Shown in pieces: positions 1 to 8,708 of a stretch of DNA of 32,000 nt; position 1 is the first letter of the stretch; every line of letters begins with the position of its first letter. The DNA comes from Longivirga aurantiaca (GTDB lineage Bacteria > Actinomycetota > Actinomycetes > S36-B12 > CAIYMF01): the NCBI RefSeq assembly GCF_042660085.1, contig NZ_JBHSTI010000008.1:930001-962000 (forward strand), given 5' to 3'. The notes under the pieces were generated by a model that saw nothing but the letters and a program-made list of their open reading frames with translations, searched no databases and was not told the origin of the DNA. Both the position numbers and the translations under genes were made by a program.

Positions 1-1
1 C

Positions 2-124
2 TGGCGGCATGCGTCGTCGCTCGGCGGCGCGAGCGTGAACGACATCACGGACACGCAGCGGATCGACCCGCTGTCGGGCAACGCCGCGGTGCAGGCAGTG
101 CCCGTGACCGTCTCGCGCGCCTGA
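2..124 (+). CDS. 3' end of a CDS truncated by the window edge, function unknown (tail ...GGASVNDITDTQRIDPLSGNAAVQAVPVTVSRA*)
   Basis: Open frame from base 2 to TGA at 122-124. The stop directly abuts the convergent rskA-like stop (TCA at 125-127). Confidence 0.45.
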   Translation, partial: WRHASSLGGASVNDITDTQRIDPLSGNAAVQAVPVTVSRA

Positions 125-898
125 TCAGACCGCGACGGCGAGGACCGGGGTCGTGGTCGGCGCGGCCGACCCGCCCTCGGGCTCGACCGTGACGCCGACG
201 CCGGTGGCGCCGGCCAGCTCGCCCTGCAGGACGACGGCGCTGCGCTCGCCCGCCGGTACGAAGCCGGCCGACGTGGCGGCGCCGGAGTCCGAGAGGTACC
301 AGATCTGGTACGTGCTGCCCGCGGGCGCGGGCGCCATGCCGTCGGTGACCAGCACCGACTTCCCGAGCGAGGCCGACGACACGACGGCCGCGCGACCGCC
401 GGTCGTGACGCTCGCCGTGGTCGTCGTGGCGTCCGCCGCCGTCAGCACGGCGGTGACCTCGGCAGCCTGAGCCGACACGGAGTCGAGCTGGTTGTCGAGC
501 TGCACCGCGCGGACGACCGCGCCACCGGCGACGAGCGCGAGAGCGGCGGCGACGCCGACGAGCCACGGCGAGGTACGGCGGGTGCGGCGCTCCCGGGCTG
601 CGGCCAGGTCGTCGACCGGCGCATCGGTGCGAGCAGCCGGCTCGACCACCGGTGCCTCGCCGACCGGCGGCAGGGGCCGCACCTGCGAGATGCCGGCGAG
701 CACGGACGACCGCAGCGACGGCGGGGGAGTCTCGGCGACGTCGAGCGCGAGCGCACCAGCGGCCTCGCGCAGCGAGCGGACCTCGTCGCGGCACGAGGCG
801 CACGACTCGAGGTGCTCCTCGAAGGCAGCCGACTCGGCGGGCTCGAGGGCGTCGAGGGCGTACGCGCCGGACAGCGCGTGGACATCTGCGTTCGTCAT
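125..898 (-). CDS. rskA: RskA-like anti-sigma factor with N-terminal zinc-binding anti-sigma domain and one TM segment
   Basis: Translation MTNADVHALSGAYALDALEPAESAAFEEHLESCASC (HxxxC..C-type ZAS motif), a central TM (WLVGVAAALALVAGGAVV), and a C-terminal domain with QIWYLSDSG as in RskA. ATG overlaps the upstream sigma factor stop (ATGA). Confidence 0.88.
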   Translation of the reverse strand: MTNADVHALSGAYALDALEPAESAAFEEHLESCASCRDEVRSLREAAGALALDVAETPPPSLRSSVLAGISQVRPLPPVGEAPVVEPAARTDAPVDDLAAARERRTRRTSPWLVGVAAALALVAGGAVVRAVQLDNQLDSVSAQAAEVTAVLTAADATTTTASVTTGGRAAVVSSASLGKSVLVTDGMAPAPAGSTYQIWYLSDSGAATSAGFVPAGERSAVVLQGELAGATGVGVTVEPEGGSAAPTTTPVLAVAV

Positions 899-1506
899 GC
901 CTGCACCCCCAACGTGTCGCGGAGCCGGATCAGCCCGTCCCGCATCCTGGTCTTCACTGTCCCGAGCGGCACCCCGAGGAGGTCCGAGACCTCCCGGTGG
1001 GTGTAGCCGCCGTAGTAGGCCAGCGTGACAGCCTCTCGCTGCACGTCGGTCAGTGTCTCGAGGGCTCGCCGTACGCGGGCCTGCTCGAGCTTCGCCGTGA
1101 CCGCCTCGTCGACGACGTCGTACTCCGGGCCGTCGCCGACGGCGGCGTACCGGCGGTCGCGCTCGTGGGCGCTCTCGGCCGACCGCACCCGGTCGACCGA
1201 ACGGCGGTGCACGATCGTGAGCATCCAGGCCAGCGCCGACCCCCGTGCGGCGTCGAACCGGGCCGACTGCCTCCAGATCTCGAGGTACGCCTCCTGGGCG
1301 ACCTCCTCGGCCTGCGCCGGGTCGCGGACGACCCTGCGCGCGAGCCCGAAGACCTTGCTGCCGGTGAGGTCGTAGAGCTCGGCGAACGCGGCCTCGTCGC
1401 CGCGGCTCGATCTCGTCAGGAGCGAGGCCAGCACGCTGGCGAGCGGGGACGGGTCATCGCCGCCCGACGCATCGGGCGGGTCCGGCACCTCGATCTCCAC
1501 ACGCAC
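895..1506 (-). CDS. sigK: ECF RNA polymerase sigma factor, SigK-like
   Basis: Region 2 (GDEAAFAELYDLTGSKVFGLARRVVRDPAQAEEVAQEAYLEIWRQSARFD) and region 4 (ALETLTDVQREAVTLAYYGGYTHREVSDLLGVPLGTVKTRMRDGLIRLRDTLG). Directly coupled to rskA. Start is likely GTG at 1506 or 1500, and the longer ORF is spurious. Confidence 0.87.
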   Translation of the reverse strand: MRVEIEVPDPPDASGGDDPSPLASVLASLLTRSSRGDEAAFAELYDLTGSKVFGLARRVVRDPAQAEEVAQEAYLEIWRQSARFDAARGSALAWMLTIVHRRSVDRVRSAESAHERDRRYAAVGDGPEYDVVDEAVTAKLEQARVRRALETLTDVQREAVTLAYYGGYTHREVSDLLGVPLGTVKTRMRDGLIRLRDTLGVQA

Positions 1507-1612
1507 AACACTCCCAGACCTCACCTCGTCGCACCTCCGTCCGCCTGCCCGGCTCCGCTCCGTCGCCGGGCGTCGTCGCTCTGTGTTCGGAGCCGGGGGG
1601 CGCGCGGATGGG

Positions 1613-3241
1613 TCAGCGGCGGATCGCGTCGAGCCCGAGCAGGGCGACGTGCAGCGAGAGGCACGACTCCACGGAGTCGAGGTCGACCGCGAGCACCTTC
1701 TCGATCTTGTGCAACCTCTCGTAGAAGCTGGGGCGCGACAGGTGCGCGGCATCCGCTGCCGCGGACTTGTTGCGGCCCGCGTTGAGGTATCCCCGGAGCA
1801 CGCCGACGAGGTCGGTGCCGTGCTGGGCGTCGTGCGCCAGCAGGGGGCCCAGCTCGCGCTCGACGAAGGTCTGCAGCCGGTCGTCGTCGCGCAGCAGGTG
1901 CAGGAGTCCGCGCAGCCGCACGTCGGGGAGGCGGTAGTAGGGCCGCGGGGAGGCGTCGTCGTCGGACGGCGCGGCATCGGCCACCTGCGCGGCCTCGAGG
2001 AACGCGCGGCGCAGGTCGCGCACGTTCGCCACCACCGAGCCGACCGCGACGACCCACCCCGATGCGGGGAGGACGGCCCGCCCGGCCGTGGCTCGCTTGG
2101 CGAGGGACGTCGAGAGGCGCCCGAGCACAGGATCGACGTCCTCCCGGGGCGGGAGCGAGAGCAGCACGCCCACGGTGGCGTCGTCGACGCCGCCCACCAG
2201 GCCCGCGGCCCGGCTGTCGCGCAGCGCGTCGGCCACCGTCTCCGCGAGGTCGCGCAGCCGTTCCTGGACCTCGAGCGCAGGCCCGACCGGGCCGCGGGTG
2301 AGGCGCACCAGGACGGCGACGAGGGCGTGCCCCTCGAGCGGCACCCCGAGCGCGGAGGCTCGCGCGACGAGCTCGGGGAGCGGCACGGAGCCCGCGATCA
2401 CGCCGGTGAGGAGCGTGCGGTGGGTCTGGCGCTCGAGCGACTCCCGGTCTCGTTCGACGAGCCGAGCCAGGGCGACCGTGGCCGCGCCCCGCTCGACGAG
2501 CATGGTGTCGCGCGGTGTCGGGGGAGCGTCGGTGCGCAGCAGCAGCCGGCCCCAGTCCTGCCCGCGGGCGCCGACCGTGGTCACGAGCCAGCCCGAGGAG
2601 TCGTCGTACCCGGTGCGCGCCGCCGTGCGCACCGCGCGGCTGCGGCCCTCCCAGTCGCCGAGCACGGCCGCGAGGTCCTGGCCTGCCGGGTCCACGGCGA
2701 GCACCTGGTGGGCGAGGTTCTCCAGCACCACCGGCCGGCCCGCCATCCGCGACACCTGCCGGACCACCTCGGTGGGGGAGGCGCCCTCCACCGTGAGCTC
2801 GGTGAAGGTGGCGTGGACGGCGTCCGACGCGCGGAGCTCGGCGATCTGCGCGTCGACGATGCGCGCGTGCACCTGCTCGGTGATCGTGGCGAACCTCGCC
2901 TCGCGGGTGAGCTCGACCAGGACCAGCCCGACCTCCTCGGCCGCCTGCACCATCGCGTCGGGCAGCCGGTCGAAGCGCCGTCCGGTCTCCACCATCACGC
3001 CGGTGACGCCCACGGCCGCGAGGCCCTGGACGTACGCCGCGAGGCCGGCGTCGTCGGTCGGCAGCAGCACGCCCGTCGTGAGCAGCAGCTCGCCGCCGCG
3101 CAGCAGGCGGGCGACGTCCGCGATCTCGGCCGCGTGGGTCCAGCGGACGGGACGGTCGAGGTGGCCGGCCCCGGCGCGCACGGCCGGCAGGCCGTCGCGC
3201 ACCGCGGGGAGCTCCAGCACCTCGGACACGGCGGGGTACAT
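1613..3241 (-). CDS. PucR-family transcriptional regulator 1
   Basis: N-terminal PucR-like domain (MYPAVSEVLELPAVRDGLPAVRAG...RWTHAAEIADVARLLRGGELLLTTG) and C-terminal HTH_30-type region (LVGVLRGYLNAGRNKSAAADAAHLSRPSFYERLHKIEKVL). An alternative ATG lies at 3307. Confidence 0.85.
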   Translation of the reverse strand: MYPAVSEVLELPAVRDGLPAVRAGAGHLDRPVRWTHAAEIADVARLLRGGELLLTTGVLLPTDDAGLAAYVQGLAAVGVTGVMVETGRRFDRLPDAMVQAAEEVGLVLVELTREARFATITEQVHARIVDAQIAELRASDAVHATFTELTVEGASPTEVVRQVSRMAGRPVVLENLAHQVLAVDPAGQDLAAVLGDWEGRSRAVRTAARTGYDDSSGWLVTTVGARGQDWGRLLLRTDAPPTPRDTMLVERGAATVALARLVERDRESLERQTHRTLLTGVIAGSVPLPELVARASALGVPLEGHALVAVLVRLTRGPVGPALEVQERLRDLAETVADALRDSRAAGLVGGVDDATVGVLLSLPPREDVDPVLGRLSTSLAKRATAGRAVLPASGWVVAVGSVVANVRDLRRAFLEAAQVADAAPSDDDASPRPYYRLPDVRLRGLLHLLRDDDRLQTFVERELGPLLAHDAQHGTDLVGVLRGYLNAGRNKSAAADAAHLSRPSFYERLHKIEKVLAVDLDSVESCLSLHVALLGLDAIRR

Positions 3242-3489
3242 GCCGGCGAGGGGGTCGACGGGGTCCACGGGCGGCGAGGCTAGTCCGCCGCACCCCCTCG
3301 GTGCCATCACTGCGTCAGGCGAGCACGCCTCCGGCTTGCCAGGCTGTCGGTCACGGTTCGGCGGCAGTTGCCCGCCGGCAGGTAACGAACGCGTCATCCC
3401 GGTCGTCCGACACGCGGTGGACCGACGCGTGTGATCTGCGGGAAACAGCAGTTCTCGGTCACGATCACGATGCAATTCGTCGCTGGGAC

Positions 3490-3510
3490 GGGATTCGGCC
3501 ACGGAATCCC
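3490..3510. promoter_or_regulatory. Perfect 7-7-7 inverted repeat GGGATTC-GGCCACG-GAATCCC in the PucR1/patD divergent intergenic region
   Basis: Read directly; located about 150 bp upstream of the patD start. Confidence 0.45.
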
Positions 3511-3658
3511 TTGTCTCCCCTGGAGTGCCGTGCGAGGATCGCGGCGCCGGTGGCGGGCGTAGCCTCACGCTGCACGCACCCGGTCCGTCAGGGCGCCGTA
3601 CGCATCCCTGACAGCTCGGCCCGATGGCACGCACGTCTCGATGAGGAGGACGCCGGTG

Positions 3659-5146
3659 ATGGCTGACGGACACCTGTTCGTGGACGGCGCCTACCGCACG
3701 GGCGGCTCGGGCGCCTCGCACGACGTCGTGAACCCCGCCGACGGCGCGGTCGTCGCCACCGCGACGCTGGCCTCGCCGCAGGACGTCGACGACGCCGTCG
3801 TCGCTGCGGCCCGCGCGCAGCGCGGCTGGGGCGCGGCCACTCCGGGGGAGCGCTCGTCCGCCCTCGCCGCTCTCGCCTCCGTGATGGCCGACCGCGCCGA
3901 GGAGTACGCGCAGGTCGAGACGAGCCAGACCGGCAAGCCGATCAAGCTGACGCGTGAGTTCGACGTTCCCGGCTCGATCGACAACGTGTCCTTCTACTCC
4001 GGTGCCGCGCGCAACCTCGAGGGCCGCGCGTCGGCCGAGTACGACGGGGCGCACACCTCGGTCGTCCGTCGCGAGCCCGTGGGCGTCATCGGCTCGATCG
4101 CGCCGTGGAACTACCCGCTGCAGATGGCGATCTGGAAGGTCATGCCGGCGATCGCTGCGGGCAACGCCATCGTCCTCAAGCCCGCGGAGCTCACGCCGCT
4201 GACCGCGCTGATGCTCGCCGAGGACTGCCGCACCGCGGGCATCCCCGACGGCGTCGTCAACGTCGTGACCGGCGCGGGCCGCGTCGCGGGCGAGGCCCTG
4301 CTCGCGCACCCCACCGTGCGGATGGTGTCGTTCACCGGCTCCACCCCCGTCGGCCAGCGCGTGATGCAGGTCGCCGCGGGCACGGTGAAGCGGGTGCACC
4401 TCGAGCTCGGCGGCAAGGCGCCGTTCGTGGTGTTCGACGACGCCGACCTCGACGCAGCGGTGCAGGGAGCCGTCGCCGGCTCGCTCATCAACAGCGGCCA
4501 GGACTGCACCGCGGCCACCCGTGCCTACGTGCAGCGCCCGCTCTACGACGCGTTCGTCCAGGGTGTCGCGGACGTCATGCGCACGGTCCGGCTCGGCCTG
4601 CCCACCGACCCGAGCACCGATCTCGGGCCGCTCGTCTCGTTCGCCCAGCGCGACCGCGTCGCCGGCTTCGTCGAGCGCGCCCGCGGGTACGGCGCCAAGG
4701 TCGTCACCGGAGGCCAGGTCCCGGGCGGTGCGCTCGCCGCCGGTGCCTACTACGAGCCCACCCTCGTGGTGGATGCCGCACAGGATTCGGAGATCGTGCA
4801 GGACGAGATCTTCGGGCCCGTGCTCGTCGTGCTCCCGTTCGACACGGACGAGGAGGGCATCGCGCTCGCCAACGACACGCCCTTCGGCCTCGCCGCCTCG
4901 GCGTGGACCCGCGACGTCGTGCGCTCGATGCGCGCGAGCCGCGAGATCCAGGCGGGGTGCGTGTGGATCAACGACCACATCCCGATCGTCTCCGAGATGC
5001 CGCACGGCGGGTACAAGTCCTCCGGCTTCGGCAAGGACATGAGCCAGTACTCCTTCGACGAGTACACGCAGGTCAAGCACGTCTCGTTCGACATCACCGG
5101 CGACGTCCGCAAGGACTGGCACCGCACGATCTTCGGGGACCGCTGA
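3659..5146 (+). CDS. patD: Aldehyde dehydrogenase, gamma-aminobutyraldehyde/betaine-aldehyde type
   Basis: ALDH motifs: IAPWNYPLQMAIWKVMPAIAAGN, VSFTGSTPVGQRV, LELGGKAPFVVFDDADLD, NSGQDCTAATR, EIFGPVLVVLPF, PHGGYKSSGFGKDMS. SD-like gaggagg lies just upstream of ATG 3659. Adjacent to pot genes. Confidence 0.85.
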   Translation: MADGHLFVDGAYRTGGSGASHDVVNPADGAVVATATLASPQDVDDAVVAAARAQRGWGAATPGERSSALAALASVMADRAEEYAQVETSQTGKPIKLTREFDVPGSIDNVSFYSGAARNLEGRASAEYDGAHTSVVRREPVGVIGSIAPWNYPLQMAIWKVMPAIAAGNAIVLKPAELTPLTALMLAEDCRTAGIPDGVVNVVTGAGRVAGEALLAHPTVRMVSFTGSTPVGQRVMQVAAGTVKRVHLELGGKAPFVVFDDADLDAAVQGAVAGSLINSGQDCTAATRAYVQRPLYDAFVQGVADVMRTVRLGLPTDPSTDLGPLVSFAQRDRVAGFVERARGYGAKVVTGGQVPGGALAAGAYYEPTLVVDAAQDSEIVQDEIFGPVLVVLPFDTDEEGIALANDTPFGLAASAWTRDVVRSMRASREIQAGCVWINDHIPIVSEMPHGGYKSSGFGKDMSQYSFDEYTQVKHVSFDITGDVRKDWHRTIFGDR

Positions 5147-5160
5147 CCGGCACCCGACAG

Positions 5161-5182
5161 ACGGATCACCGCGCAGATCCGT
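5161..5182. promoter_or_regulatory. Perfect 7-8-7 inverted repeat ACGGATC-accgcgca-GATCCGT between patD and potD
   Basis: Read directly in the 87-bp patD-potD gap. Confidence 0.4.
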
Positions 5183-5233
5183 AGCCCAGACCCTCACCGC
5201 AGACAGCACGACACCACTGGAGGATCCGCACAG

Positions 5234-6457
5234 ATGGCAGACCAGCCGCTCGACCCCATGACCTCGGCCATCGTGTCGTCGATGTCCCGCCGCCGCTTCC
5301 TCCGTGCCGCGGGCATCGGTGGCGCGGCGATGGCCGCTGCCGCGTGCGGTGCGAAGGGCACCGGCGGTGGCTCCACGGCGAGCGCCTCCGGCGCGCCGTC
5401 GCCCTCCACCCAGCCCGACAAGTCCGACAGCGAGAAGCTCGTTAACTGGTCGAACTGGGTGTCCTACATCGACACCGACGACGAGAGCGGCGACCGTCCG
5501 TCCCTCGCCGAGTTCGAGAAGCAGACCGGCATCAAGGTCACGTACACCGAGGACGTCAACGGCAACCAGGACTTCTACGCGAAGGTCCGCGCCCAGCTCG
5601 AGCAGGGTCGCGACATCGGCCGCGACATCGTCGTGCTGACCGACTGGATGGCCGGGCTCTGGGTGAGCAAGGGCTTCGCCCTGCCCCTCGACGACGCCAA
5701 CATCCCCAACAAGGGCAACATCCTGCCCGCGCTCGCCGACCCGGCCTTCGACCCGAAGCGCGCGCACACGATGCCGTGGCAGAGCGGCTTCGCGGGCCTC
5801 GGCTACAACAAGGCGCTCCTCAAGGAGGCCACCGGCAAGGACTCGATGAAGTCCGTGGCCGACCTCTGGGACCCGGCCCTCAAGGGCAAGGTGACCGTCC
5901 TCGACGAGATGCGCGACACCATCGGCATCATCATGCTGGCGCAGGGCAAGGACCCGTCGAACTTCACCGACGACGACTTCAACGCCGCCGCCGACGAGCT
6001 CCAGAAGCAGCTCGACTCCGGCCAGATCCGCCAGGTCACCGGCAACGACTACCTGACGGCGCTCGAGAACAAGGACGTCGTGGCCGTCATCGGCTGGTCC
6101 GGCGACGTCGCCGCCCTCGGTGGCGACTACGAGTTCTCGCTGCCCGAGTCGGGCGGCACCCTGTGGACCGACAACATGCTGATCCCGGCGATGGCGGCGC
6201 ACCAGAAGAACGCCGAGGCCGTCATGAACTACTACTACGACCCGAAGGTCGCGGCGCAGGTGGCGGCGTACGTCCAGTACATCACCCCGGTCGCCGGCGT
6301 CCAGGAGGAGATCGCGAAGATCGACCCGGGCCTCACCGAGAACCAGCTGATCTTCCCGACGGAGGAGACGCTCTCGAAGGTCAAGATCTTCATGCCGCTC
6401 ACCCCGGCGCAGCAGACCAAGTACGAGCAGCAGTTCCAGCAGCTCATCGGCAACTGA
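5234..6457 (+). CDS. potD: Polyamine (spermidine/putrescine) ABC transporter substrate-binding lipoprotein with Tat-like signal
   Basis: MSRRRFLRAAGIGGAAMAAAACGAKG (twin-Arg plus lipobox Cys), LVNWSNWVSYIDTDD...LAEFEKQTGIKVTYTEDVNGNQDFYAKV, typical of PotD-like SBPs. Followed by ABC subunit genes. Confidence 0.88.
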   Translation: MADQPLDPMTSAIVSSMSRRRFLRAAGIGGAAMAAAACGAKGTGGGSTASASGAPSPSTQPDKSDSEKLVNWSNWVSYIDTDDESGDRPSLAEFEKQTGIKVTYTEDVNGNQDFYAKVRAQLEQGRDIGRDIVVLTDWMAGLWVSKGFALPLDDANIPNKGNILPALADPAFDPKRAHTMPWQSGFAGLGYNKALLKEATGKDSMKSVADLWDPALKGKVTVLDEMRDTIGIIMLAQGKDPSNFTDDDFNAAADELQKQLDSGQIRQVTGNDYLTALENKDVVAVIGWSGDVAALGGDYEFSLPESGGTLWTDNMLIPAMAAHQKNAEAVMNYYYDPKVAAQVAAYVQYITPVAGVQEEIAKIDPGLTENQLIFPTEETLSKVKIFMPLTPAQQTKYEQQFQQLIGN

Positions 6458-6464
6458 TCGTCCT

Positions 6465-6499
6465 GGCCGCGGGACGGGGCAAACCCCCGTCCCGCGGCC
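6465..6499 (+). terminator. Strong GC hairpin (15-bp stem, 5-nt loop) between potD and potA
   Basis: GGCCGCGGGACGGGG-CAAAC-CCCCGTCCCGCGGCC begins 7 bp after the potD stop. There is no obvious U tract. Confidence 0.6.
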
Positions 6500-6548
6500 G
6501 ATCCGTGCGGCATGCTCGTAGGCACTGCCCGTGCCCCTCCCCGACGTC

Positions 6549-6584
6549 CAGCCCCTCCAGCCCCTCCAGCACCTCCAGCCTCAT
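6549..6584 (+). repeat. Four tandem 9-nt units (CAGCCCCTC, CAGCCCCTC, CAGCACCTC, degenerate CAGCCTCAT) in the potA leader
   Basis: Read directly; located immediately upstream of the putative potA RBS. Confidence 0.6.
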
Positions 6585-6599
6585 GAAAGGGCGGTCCCG

Positions 6600-7799
6600 G
6601 TGGCCCGTACCCCCGTCGTGACCGGACAGGTCGAAGACCTGCACCTGGTCGGCCTGACCAAGCGATTCGCGACCATGACGGCGGTCGACGCGCTCGACCT
6701 GACCATCCCCGCGGGCTCCTTCTTCGCCCTGCTCGGCCCGTCGGGCTGCGGCAAGACGACGACGCTGCGGATGGTGGCCGGCCTCGAGGACCCGACCGCC
6801 GGGGCGATCCTCATCGGCGACCGGGACGTCACCCAGCTGCGCCCCTACCAGCGGCCGGTCAACACCGTCTTCCAGAGCTACGCGCTCTTCCCGCACCTCG
6901 ACATCTTCGAGAACGTGGCCTTTGGCCTGCGCCGGCGCGGGATCAAGGACGTCAAGAAGCAGGTCGAGGACATGCTCGAGCTGGTCGAGCTCTCCCCGAT
7001 GGCCCGCCGCAAGCCCGGGCAGCTGTCCGGCGGCCAGCAGCAGCGAGTCGCCGTGGCCCGTGCGCTCATCAACCAGCCCGACGTCCTGCTGCTCGACGAG
7101 CCGCTCGGCGCCCTCGACCTCAAGCTGCGCCGCCAGATGCAGATCGAGCTCAAGCGCATCCAGACCGAGGTCGGCATCACCTTCGTGCACGTGACGCACG
7201 ACCAGGAGGAGGCCATGACCATGGCCGACACGGTCGCCGTCATGAACCAGGGCCGCATCGAGCAGATGGGGTCGCCCGCAGACATCTACGAGAACCCGCG
7301 GACCGCCTTCGTCGCGAACTTCCTCGGGCAGTCCAACCTGTTCCCGGGCTCGGTCGTCGGCCGCGAGAGCGACTCGATCCTCGTGAGCTCGCACGGCACG
7401 ACCTTCCGCATCCCGACCTCGCGCGTGGCCACGAGCGGCGACTCGGTCGTCGTCGGCGTCCGGCCCGAGAAGGTCACCATCCGAGCCACCGAGCGCGCAG
7501 GTTCCCCCGACGCCGCGCGCAACATGCTCACCGGTGTCGTCACGGATGCGTCGTTCACGGGTCTGTCCACCCAGTACCTCGTGCGGACGGCGTGGGGCCA
7601 GGAGCTGCAGGTGTTCTCGCAGAACCTCTCGGCCGACGACGTCGTCCGCCTCGGCGAGGACGTCGTCGTGTCGTGGGACCCGAGCCACACCTTCGGTCTC
7701 GACGGCGCGGAGGACCTCAACGCCGGCGTCGACAAGGAGCTGCTCGAGCTCGGCCACATCGCCGGGTCGGACGGCACCACGGCCTCGGTCGGGGGCTGA
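6600..7799 (+). CDS. potA: Polyamine ABC transporter ATP-binding protein
   Basis: Walker A GPSGCGKTT, signature LSGGQQQRVAVARAL, Walker B VLLLDEPLGALDLKLR, TOBE-like C-terminus. GTG at 6600 is preceded by a gaaaggg SD-like sequence, and the N-terminal QPLQPLQHLQP extension of the ORF is likely leader. Confidence 0.9.
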   Translation: MARTPVVTGQVEDLHLVGLTKRFATMTAVDALDLTIPAGSFFALLGPSGCGKTTTLRMVAGLEDPTAGAILIGDRDVTQLRPYQRPVNTVFQSYALFPHLDIFENVAFGLRRRGIKDVKKQVEDMLELVELSPMARRKPGQLSGGQQQRVAVARALINQPDVLLLDEPLGALDLKLRRQMQIELKRIQTEVGITFVHVTHDQEEAMTMADTVAVMNQGRIEQMGSPADIYENPRTAFVANFLGQSNLFPGSVVGRESDSILVSSHGTTFRIPTSRVATSGDSVVVGVRPEKVTIRATERAGSPDAARNMLTGVVTDASFTGLSTQYLVRTAWGQELQVFSQNLSADDVVRLGEDVVVSWDPSHTFGLDGAEDLNAGVDKELLELGHIAGSDGTTASVGG

Positions 7800-7802
7800 T
7801 CC

Positions 7803-8708
7803 GTGCCCGCCATCGTCCCCACGACGACCGCCACAGGCAGCGACGAGGCCACGGTCCGTCGCAGCAAGCGGTCGACGCCCTACCTGCTGCTGCTGCCGGG
7901 CCTCGGCTGGCTCGCGATCTTCTTCGTCGTCCCGCTGTTCGCCTCGCTCGCCACCTCGCTGCAGGTGCCGGCGGAGCCTGGCAATCCCGATGCCGGCTTC
8001 GTCCAGGCCTTCGAGATCTCGAACTACACGAACGCGATCACGGAGTACTACCCGCAGTTCATCCGGTCGTACGTCTTCGCCGGCCTCGCCACGCTGCTCG
8101 CGCTCGCCATCGCCTACCCGCTGGCCTACTTCATCGCCTTCAAGGCGGGGAAGTGGCGCAACATCATGCTCGTGCTGGTCGTCGCGCCGTTCTTCTGCAG
8201 CTTCCTGATCCGCACCTACGCCTGGAAGACGATCCTCGCCGACCAGAGCCCGGTCACGCAGTTCCTCAACTTCCTGGGCCTGCTTCCTGACGACCGCATC
8301 CTCAACACACCTCTTGCGGTCATCACGGGCATCGCCTACAACTTCCTCCCGTTCATGACCCTCCCGCTGTACGCGGCCCTCGAGAAGATCGACTTCCGGC
8401 TCATCGAGGCGGGCAACGACCTCTACGGCTCGCCGTGGACGACGTTCCGCAAGGTCACGTTCCCGCTGTCGCTGCCGGGCGTCGTGGCGGGCACGCTGCT
8501 CACCTTCATCCCCGCGGTCGGCGACTTCATCAACGCGCAACTGCTCGGATCCATCAAGGACAAGATGATCGGCAACGTCATCGACAGCCAGTTCCGCATC
8601 GTGCGCGACTACCCGACCGCGTCGGCGCTGTCCTTCCTGCTGATGACCTCGGTGCTGATCATCGTGTTCCTCTACATCCGCCGAGCCGGGACGGAGGACC
8701 TCGTCTGA
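7803..8708 (+). CDS. potB: Polyamine ABC transporter permease 1
   Basis: Hydrophobic permease with SYVFAGLATLLALAIAYPLAYFIAFKAGKWRNIMLVLVVAPFF and EAA loop EAGNDLYGSPWTTFRKVTFPLSLPGVVAG. Syntenic with potA/potC. Confidence 0.88.
   Translation: MPAIVPTTTATGSDEATVRRSKRSTPYLLLLPGLGWLAIFFVVPLFASLATSLQVPAEPGNPDAGFVQAFEISNYTNAITEYYPQFIRSYVFAGLATLLALAIAYPLAYFIAFKAGKWRNIMLVLVVAPFFCSFLIRTYAWKTILADQSPVTQFLNFLGLLPDDRILNTPLAVITGIAYNFLPFMTLPLYAALEKIDFRLIEAGNDLYGSPWTTFRKVTFPLSLPGVVAGTLLTFIPAVGDFINAQLLGSIKDKMIGNVIDSQFRIVRDYPTASALSFLLMTSVLIIVFLYIRRAGTEDLV

Noticed and set aside
3308-6202. N-terminal part of the 1529-aa minus-strand ORF (1613-6202)
   Set aside because: Only the downstream portion (1613-3241/3307) reads as PucR. 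The rest is antisense to patD and potD and is shadow sequence.
6444-8540. 698-aa minus-strand ORF
   Set aside because: It is antisense to potA/potB with compositional bias and no recognisable domain, so it is a spurious high-GC ORF.
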